Shown here: positions 25,491 through 31,632 of the stretch, in pieces
How the letters are laid out: the number at the start of each line of letters is the position of its first letter
Position numbering within the stretch: position 1 is the first letter of the stretch
IMG/VR virus record: IMGVR_UViG_3300032227_001423
Coordinates: 1 to 31,632 of that record
Direction: 5' to 3' (one strand)
Source: a virus
Taxonomy: Duplodnaviria > Caudoviricetes
DNA length: 31,632 nucleotides
Translations under genes and position numbers: made by a program
The notes under the pieces: generated by a model
What the model saw: only the letters and a program-made list of their open reading frames with translations
Database searches by the model: none
Told to the model about the DNA's origin: nothing

Positions 25491-25838
25491 TTAGGAACGG
25501 CGATTCATTGCCGATTTGGCATTTGAATTTACTACTTTTTCTGCTTGGGCGGTGTCCATTGGTTGTTCGCCTGGCTCATCGTTGCCCTTGAAGGTGACTT
25601 TGCCAGAATTTGGATCGTATGGTTGTAATACATTTGAAAGTGGTTCTTGAGCAATCAAGTCGCCGATGTTGTCAGGAGTAACATTGACTCCGAGACTTTT
25701 GGCCATTTGGATAAATGCCTGTGTAGAAATTTGTTTTTTGGCGTTGGTATCGCCGGCGCGACCAGATAAGAATGTTGTCAATGCCATTAACTTACCTGCG
25801 TCGTTGGCGCCGGAATTTTCAACTTCAAAGATTAACAT
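25491..25838 (-). CDS. hypothetical (putative virion) protein
   Basis: 115-aa ORF starting 1 nt after the upstream stop. Confidence 0.7.
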   Translation of the reverse strand: MLIFEVENSGANDAGKLMALTTFLSGRAGDTNAKKQISTQAFIQMAKSLGVNVTPDNIGDLIAQEPLSNVLQPYDPNSGKVTFKGNDEPGEQPMDTAQAEKVVNSNAKSAMNRRS

Positions 25839-25839
25839 A

Positions 25840-26781
25840 CTAGCGTTTTGCGCGGCCTAAACCTGCGCCGCCGGCTGGTTCTTCAATGTCAATTTCAGCA
25901 TCAATGTCATCAACGCCGCCGAGGTCTGGCTCAGCATCAAGTTCGCCTTCAGGAGGCATTTCACCAGCCATGCCGTCGTCGCCAGGAATAGTAGGAGCAG
26001 CTTGACCTGTTACTACACCAAGTGCCTGATCTAATTGTTGACGTGCGCCTTGTAAGTTTTGTAACAAGCCAGCCAATGCTGCTGTTGCGTCTGTGTTGAA
26101 CTGCATAGCTTGGTCAACACCAATTTGATTTTTGATTTGATCAACCAGGGCTGGCAAATCTTTAAACTGCATGGCTGATACCTGTTCACTCATTTTTTGT
26201 ACTTCGTCAACCATGTCTTGACTTGCCAACACCACTTGAGCTTGTTGTACTTCTGACTCACGGAGTAGGTTGTAAAGTTGACGACGAATTTGTTTGCTTT
26301 CAGTTTGCATAGCGGCTGCCGCTACCAACTGTTGATCTTGTGTATTCAATGCTTGACCTTGACTGGCCTTGGTAACTGCTTGTTTCAACTTAGGATCTTT
26401 GATCATTGCAATCTTGGCAGCGTTAATTGCCTGACCTTGCTGAATAGTAGCATTAGGTTTAGCCATTGCGTTCTGGCCAGCTGTCTGTGCTTGATTGAAT
26501 GTGGCACCGGCAGTGGCACCAACTGGGATTGTAGAAGTTTCTTTGACTTTGGTAGCAAGAACACGTTCCATCATCATTAACTTTAAGTAAGTTGGGTTCT
26601 TTTCACTTTGATGAAATGCTGGAGTAGCACGATGCTCATTTACAAGTTTCTGTACTTTGCTGAGCATTACACGTGCCTGCTTAGGGGAGATTACATCAAC
26701 ATTGATGCTGTCTCCAAAATAGCTTTCAAATACCTTAGCGGCGCTCTTTGTTGGGTTGGCGGCTAGTTCGAATAGTTTCAT
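25840..26781 (-). CDS. hypothetical helical protein, putative head/internal virion protein
   Basis: Likely start MKLFEL at 26781 (GAGGA SD, TAAATA upstream). Gln/Ala-rich with an acidic tail. Confidence 0.75.
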   Translation of the reverse strand: MKLFELAANPTKSAAKVFESYFGDSINVDVISPKQARVMLSKVQKLVNEHRATPAFHQSEKNPTYLKLMMMERVLATKVKETSTIPVGATAGATFNQAQTAGQNAMAKPNATIQQGQAINAAKIAMIKDPKLKQAVTKASQGQALNTQDQQLVAAAAMQTESKQIRRQLYNLLRESEVQQAQVVLASQDMVDEVQKMSEQVSAMQFKDLPALVDQIKNQIGVDQAMQFNTDATAALAGLLQNLQGARQQLDQALGVVTGQAAPTIPGDDGMAGEMPPEGELDAEPDLGGVDDIDAEIDIEEPAGGAGLGRAKR

Positions 26782-27229
26782 TATTAAATCCTCGTTGTTG
26801 ACAGTATTTAGCATAGTTGATACATTTGGTTAATTCCTGCTCTACTTGTTTTTTGCGTATAATCTTGGTTTCTAGTTTAGTTTCAATAGTTTCGCGAAAT
26901 TGTGGCTCTTTACTGCGGTCTGCAATATTGGCTCTAGTATTGATATCGTTTGTTAAACTGCGTAGTTTTACGTCTAAATTAAAAATATCACGGGCAAGAT
27001 TGTATGCTTGATTTTTATCTGCAATACACCAGCTGAGTGCTGTTCTTGTAGAGCCAAATAAGCCCACGTCTGTTGCTGAACAAAGTACACGAAATCCGAT
27101 TTGCTCGTTGACAATGCGGTAACGATCAAACACACGATAACTGTCATCTTCATCACGAAATATTAAATTTTTCATAATGTCAGGAAATTCCTGACGCATT
27201 ATCTGATCAAACTCTTTTGTGATTTTCAT
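26735..27229 (-). CDS. hypothetical protein
   Basis: 164-aa ORF with a C-terminal coiled coil. Confidence 0.7.
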   Translation of the reverse strand: MKITKEFDQIMRQEFPDIMKNLIFRDEDDSYRVFDRYRIVNEQIGFRVLCSATDVGLFGSTRTALSWCIADKNQAYNLARDIFNLDVKLRSLTNDINTRANIADRSKEPQFRETIETKLETKIIRKKQVEQELTKCINYAKYCQQRGFNNETIRTSRQPNKERR

Positions 27230-27489
27230 TTAATTATGTAATGGGTAACAAGATAAATTACCGAAGCAGATAACGCACCAATTATACCTATGCCCCATGA
27301 TATTAATCTGTCATTGTTTTTTTCAGCCATTTTGCTTACAGCTGACTTTACTTCACTTATCATTGCACCAAGGGCTGTTAATTTTTCGTCAACGGTTTCG
27401 ATCTTGATTTCGAGCGCATTGTAACGTTCAGCGCATAGCTCAACGTGAGCTTCTAGGCTCTTTTTTTCAATATCTGTGGTTTCAACCAT
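27226..27489 (-). CDS. small coiled-coil protein with C-terminal TM helix (XhlA/holin-like architecture)
   Basis: LEAHVELCAERY..LE heptads followed by a hydrophobic C-terminus. Confidence 0.7.
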   Translation of the reverse strand: MVETTDIEKKSLEAHVELCAERYNALEIKIETVDEKLTALGAMISEVKSAVSKMAEKNNDRLISWGIGIIGALSASVIYLVTHYIIK

Positions 27490-27512
27490 AATTTTTTTCC
27501 CGTATCATTTAT

Positions 27513-27917
27513 TTATGGTATTTGTTTAAACCAGGTGTTGTAATCTGGGACCAATCTTGGATTTAAAATTGCTTCGTTGTCGAGATCAACCAACATTGGT
27601 ATGCCAATAGAATCGTTTTGTAACACAGATACTGGATTATCTTCAGGGCCAAAAACTGCCGGGGTTTCGACTTCAAATTCAAAATACCACTTGTTATCTT
27701 GTTTAATAGGCGTAGTTAATCGTTGTATTTGAGTACGCATACCGATCAACTGAGTAATAGTTTCCCAATTTCGCTGTTGATTACGAGCATGATTCCATGC
27801 CTGTGCTGAGTCTATTACATGGCCGGCAGCATCGGTAAATGGAATACTTGTAGATTTGAAGTGGCCAGTTACGCCAGTGGCTGTGATATCAAATAGGGTC
27901 AAACAAGAAAATCTCAT
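27513..27917 (-). CDS. hypothetical protein
   Basis: 134 aa (TLFDIT.TG...RNQQRNWET); ATGA-coupled. Confidence 0.75.
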   Translation of the reverse strand: MRFSCLTLFDITATGVTGHFKSTSIPFTDAAGHVIDSAQAWNHARNQQRNWETITQLIGMRTQIQRLTTPIKQDNKWYFEFEVETPAVFGPEDNPVSVLQNDSIGIPMLVDLDNEAILNPRLVPDYNTWFKQIP

Positions 27918-28177
27918 CGTGGTTTCTTAGTCAATTCATACAGCAGTTCGGCTTGTTCACAGATGTGATTTAGCTCTGAGTTATTTTTACGTTCAGCCAA
28001 GATGAACTGCCACCGTTCTTGTTGTTTCATATCAGCTAATTCTTTTTCTAACTCAGGATCTTTCAAATGTAGTTCGCGATGATTGCTGCCAGGGCGACGA
28101 GCATAAACTGTGCGGCCGCCATCGGGTGACTCGTAAATTGTTAGTTCGGTAATTTTACTAATATTGCTGACTGTCAT
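27914..28177 (-). CDS. hypothetical protein (YESPDGG motif)
   Basis: Likely start MTVSNIS at 28177, because the longer tracked start crosses a terminator and the upstream gene. Confidence 0.7.
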   Translation of the reverse strand: MTVSNISKITELTIYESPDGGRTVYARRPGSNHRELHLKDPELEKELADMKQQERWQFILAERKNNSELNHICEQAELLYELTKKPR

Positions 28178-28212
28178 GATAGGAGTATTTAAGCTATTAA
28201 TCAACAGCCAAC

Positions 28213-28236
28213 AAAAAAGCTCCTTGCGGAGCTTTT
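28213..28236 (-). terminator. intrinsic terminator
   Basis: AAAAGCTCC-GCAA-GGAGCTTTTTT: GNRA loop and U tract. Confidence 0.88.
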
Positions 28237-28259
28237 GTGTGTTACTAAAACTTCTAAAA

Positions 28260-28700
28260 TTAAGAAGCTGTAGTAGCTGTACTTGCCAAACGGAAACCAA
28301 CATTAGTTACTGTTGCGCCAGAAGCGTCGTAACCTGTGCCAGCAACGTTTGCACCCAAAGCACGAATACTAGCTTGCAATGTTGCAGCTGTGTATGCGCC
28401 CAATGGATAAAGAGCAACGCTCATGTTTGTTACGTTAGCAGTCGCAGCAACTTGATAAATTGCTACAGTACTTGTTTGCTGAATAGTTTGCAAAATAGTC
28501 TGGATTGCGCCGTTAACACCTGCTTGAGCTGAAGGATCAGCACCTAGATCGATACCAAAAAAGTCAAGAGCTGGGCCCATGAAGTTTGTTGGTGTGCCTG
28601 CTGGTGCGTATGTTGCGTTTGCAGCTAATTGTGGGCCATTGAGTGTGTCAATAGCGAATACTGGTTGTGAACCACCTGATACTAATGGAATTGAAGCCAT
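28260..28700 (-). CDS. putative abundant virion structural protein (Ala/Thr-rich)
   Basis: 146 aa, nearly uncharged, strongly biased codons (GCT/GCA, ACA/ACT), with its own TAAATA motif, AGGAG SD and terminator. Confidence 0.75.
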   Translation of the reverse strand: MASIPLVSGGSQPVFAIDTLNGPQLAANATYAPAGTPTNFMGPALDFFGIDLGADPSAQAGVNGAIQTILQTIQQTSTVAIYQVAATANVTNMSVALYPLGAYTAATLQASIRALGANVAGTGYDASGATVTNVGFRLASTATTAS

Positions 28701-28707
28701 GATTTAA

Positions 28708-28770
28708 ATCTCCTATATATGTGGACCTTACGTCCTACAAGTATTTACCATTTGAGGTAAAAAAGGAGAT
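28708..28770 (-). promoter_or_regulatory. structured leader: anti-SD, putative late promoter, hairpin, SD
   Basis: ATCTCCT (28770-28764) is complementary to AGGAGAT (28714-28708); TAAATA at 28747-28742 lies between them. Confidence 0.65.
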
Positions 28771-30624
28771 CTAGGTGGCGGGTTTAGGATTGTTTTGGGC
28801 TCGGTTTGCGGCGCTAAAGCCAAACCGGTTTACAAACTTAGCACGTCCTGAATCAGTAGCAGATACCCAGCCTTCGTGTCCTGGTTGTTGACGATCTAGT
28901 TGCTGTAAGATGTCCATTTTTAAGTCATGCAGCCCTAAAAATGCTGTGAATACCGCAGAGATACCATCCATGTTAGATCGTGGGCTTTGTAGGTATTCTA
29001 CGATGTTGTTGTATTTACGTGGGGTTACCGACTTTTGCAGCCAGGCACCAAAATCTGGCAATAAATTTTGAAAATGTGTGTTGATACGTGAGTTGATGTA
29101 TTTTTTACACAAGGCTGGTAGGTCAGAGACTTGCATTCTACGCAATTCTGCTGGATTGAATAATAAATCAATATCTTTGCCGTGCGCTGAATTGAGTTGT
29201 TTGATCTGTTTGATCAACTTACTTTCAGGTTGAATATTTTTAATAGTTTTATCTGTGGGTTCAATCAATAATAATCCTGGAACTAAATTAAGATCTAATT
29301 GGCCAATTGGTTGTTCCTTGCCACTTTCTTCGGCGATGCGTGTATGAGCGGCAATGCCAACTTCACTGTTGGCGATGCGCTGTCCTAGCTCACTGGCTGC
29401 TGGAATTTTGTATTCTACAGTATTAGGTTTGAACACAAAGGCACCGGCCACCTCTGGTGGGGTGTTGATGTAAAGTAAGTCGCCTTTGACAAATCCGCGA
29501 TAGTTTTCAGGCACAGATGCTTGTAGTATGGGAAATAACTTTTCATAGATGCCAATGAGTTCGCCGCGATCGCCACCGCGGTTGGTCATCATCTGTGCCA
29601 GCGCCACTGGGCTGGTGGCAAGTCCATCGTAGCCTTTGGCAGTAAATCCTGCTTTGTCTGTTAGTACAAATTGACCGTTCGCTTTTCGCCCCCAGATAAT
29701 GGCTGGTTTGCCATCCCACTTGACCGATGTGGTACCAGATGTATTGGCAGCTACTGCTTGGGCGATAGCGATGGCTTCACTGATGCCACGGCTACCTTTT
29801 TCAAACACTAGGTCTTCCAGATGTTCAATACGAGCATCAGATCCTTCCAACAGTTTTTGTTCTACTAGGGGTTGCATGCCTTGGTTAACAATGCGATCAC
29901 GCAAGCGAGCCATAAAGCTGACTTCTGTGTACAATTCAGTGGTTTCAAAAAATGGAACACCAGTTCGAGCAAAGTATTCGCGGGCAGTGGCTAATTTTTC
30001 ATCGCGCTTAGGATCTTTGGCCAGTGCTTGTATAATAGTTTCTACAGAATACAAATCGTCTTTGGTAGCTTTAGATGACAATAATAATTTGGCAATTTTG
30101 TCTGGATCGGTTTCTACTACCTCTTCTGTGGCACGATCAATGATGCCGCGGCGTTGATCTAGCTTGTAGCCCAGTGCTTTGGCAACAGAATTTACCAATA
30201 CATTACGATCCTGTCCTTTGTACTTGGAATCAGCAGGTGCTGTTAAGAAAAACTTACCCACGCCCATGTTTTTCATAAACATAAAATCTGTTTGTACATA
30301 TCCCTTATCAGGATTGCCAGCGATAGGACTTTTGAAATGCACGTTGGTTCCAGATTTTTTAATGTATTCTTTGGGATCTAATTTATGACTGGCACACCAC
30401 TGTGTAAGTTCAGCGGCCAGTTGATCTGGTGATATTTGCTCAATATCGACAGCGACATCCATGTCGCCCGAGGTAGGTTTAAGTCCGGTTGAGCCCAATG
30501 TATTATTTTGCAAGTCAATGTCTAACATTTGCTCAAGCCAGGACAGGGTTGTTTTAACGTCGGTTTGATTGATACGTTGCGTGGCAGCCTGGCCATCTTT
30601 GTTTTTGAATACGTTGCCGCCCAT
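28771..30624 (-). CDS. two-domain protein: Pol-beta-like nucleotidyltransferase fused to a ligase-like (DUF6267-like) domain
   Basis: N-terminal LGSTG....SGDMDVAVD...VQTDF; C-terminal HLED, SVKWDG, KGDLL, EGWV and AKFV. Confidence 0.65.
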   Translation of the reverse strand: MGGNVFKNKDGQAATQRINQTDVKTTLSWLEQMLDIDLQNNTLGSTGLKPTSGDMDVAVDIEQISPDQLAAELTQWCASHKLDPKEYIKKSGTNVHFKSPIAGNPDKGYVQTDFMFMKNMGVGKFFLTAPADSKYKGQDRNVLVNSVAKALGYKLDQRRGIIDRATEEVVETDPDKIAKLLLSSKATKDDLYSVETIIQALAKDPKRDEKLATAREYFARTGVPFFETTELYTEVSFMARLRDRIVNQGMQPLVEQKLLEGSDARIEHLEDLVFEKGSRGISEAIAIAQAVAANTSGTTSVKWDGKPAIIWGRKANGQFVLTDKAGFTAKGYDGLATSPVALAQMMTNRGGDRGELIGIYEKLFPILQASVPENYRGFVKGDLLYINTPPEVAGAFVFKPNTVEYKIPAASELGQRIANSEVGIAAHTRIAEESGKEQPIGQLDLNLVPGLLLIEPTDKTIKNIQPESKLIKQIKQLNSAHGKDIDLLFNPAELRRMQVSDLPALCKKYINSRINTHFQNLLPDFGAWLQKSVTPRKYNNIVEYLQSPRSNMDGISAVFTAFLGLHDLKMDILQQLDRQQPGHEGWVSATDSGRAKFVNRFGFSAANRAQNNPKPAT

Positions 30625-30625
30625 A

Positions 30626-31630
30626 TTATGCCTTCATCGCAATTAATGCTGCCATGCGATCTTTGAGATAATCTTCTTGGCCTGTGTTAAAGATTTTAGC
30701 ATTTTGTAGTTGATTAAATGTGTCTTGAATTTGTGCGTTTAAGTTATTAACCTGTTGTACTCGCATCATGGTAGACAGGTGCTGTTGATCTGCCATTTGT
30801 TGAATTGGGTCTGCTGGTAGCTCAGGTGCCGGTGGCACAATTGGTTCTGCGTTGGCTATGCCTGTATCGCTGCCTTTGCTATTGACAGCATCTGCTTGAT
30901 ATCTTGCTTGTGCCTGCGGAGTCGCATCTAATTTAGCAATGTATTCAGCATACTTGACTGGGTCAATTGCGGTGCCATTAGGATCATACCACAGTTGATC
31001 GCGATGATTTTTTACATAATTTCCACTGGCTGTTTTGACAACAATGTCTTTAGTGATGAATATTTGTGCTTCGTTCATTAACAATAATGCTTGATTTAAT
31101 TTTTGCTCAAGTGATTCTTTTGTAATAGTAGCCAATGCTTGCTTGACCTGTGGATTTGTTTCGGCTGCCTGCGCAATCTTTGCGCCATCTTGGCCGGTCA
31201 TTTTAGAAATAGTTTGGACTGCCATTGCTTTTTCAGTTTGTGATGCTGGTGTGTTGGCTACCTGATTGTCTGCTGGTGCGCCTTGCCCGCTGGCGCCAAG
31301 AGCACTGGTCAATGCCGCTGTAGCATAATCAGTAAATGCCTGAGATACTTGTTGTTTTTTAACCTTGCTAGATTTAATTTTACTAACAGTGGCCTGTGAT
31401 AACTTGTTTAATTTATCAAGTGCTTTTTTAGTTGATGGATCACTTGCTATTTGATTTGGATTTATTTTATTTTTTGTTGCCAACGGAATTACATTTTTAG
31501 CTACTAGATCTTTAGCTTGTTTAATAGCAATAGCTCTACGATTGAATCCACCAGCTGCTTCTTTTAACGCTGGCGCAGGTGCTGCTGATGCTGTTGTTGG
31601 TGTCGCGGCGGGTGCTGCTGTTGTTTGTTG
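30626..31630 (-). CDS. hypothetical Ala/Gln-rich putative virion protein, 5'-truncated by the window edge
   Basis: The frame stays open upstream of the tracked TTG at 31483 to the end of the window (QQTTAAPAATPTT...LKEAAGG...). Confidence 0.75.
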   Translation of the reverse strand, partial: QQTTAAPAATPTTASAAPAPALKEAAGGFNRRAIAIKQAKDLVAKNVIPLATKNKINPNQIASDPSTKKALDKLNKLSQATVSKIKSSKVKKQQVSQAFTDYATAALTSALGASGQGAPADNQVANTPASQTEKAMAVQTISKMTGQDGAKIAQAAETNPQVKQALATITKESLEQKLNQALLLMNEAQIFITKDIVVKTASGNYVKNHRDQLWYDPNGTAIDPVKYAEYIAKLDATPQAQARYQADAVNSKGSDTGIANAEPIVPPAPELPADPIQQMADQQHLSTMMRVQQVNNLNAQIQDTFNQLQNAKIFNTGQEDYLKDRMAALIAMKA

Positions 31631-31632
31631 AG

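Noticed and set aside
574-30388. All plus-strand ORFs and nested alternative-frame minus-strand ORFs in the track
   Set aside because: They lie within well-supported minus-strand genes and have no RBS or recognisable motifs; they are shadow ORFs.

Overview
A 31.6-kb segment of a large lytic tailed phage (myovirus-like, probably >200 kb; proteobacterial host inferred). Genes are dense and all credible ones lie on the minus strand. From right to left (transcription direction) it carries putative late/virion proteins (including a nucleotidyltransferase plus ligase-like fusion and a beta-helix tail protein), an Fe-S module (IscU, radical SAM, IscA), a PD-(D/E)XK exonuclease, and a class Ia ribonucleotide reductase whose nrdA and nrdB are separated by a YHYH protein and a radical SAM gene. 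Further left are glutaredoxin, a PAAR protein, a SleB-like hydrolase, an ATP-dependent DNA ligase, a YccA/BI-1 membrane protein, a CDGSH-like protein, ClpX, ribosomal protein bS21 and another radical SAM (four in total). The most striking non-coding feature is at the left edge: two tandem sigma70 promoters followed by a boxB-like hairpin, boxA and boxC, i.e. a bacterial rRNA-operon-type leader pointing out of the window. Seven near-consensus sigma70 promoters, a recurring TAAATA late-promoter-like motif, SD-sequestering hairpins and apparent leaderless starts are also visible. All calls come from motif recognition by eye; no database searches were run.
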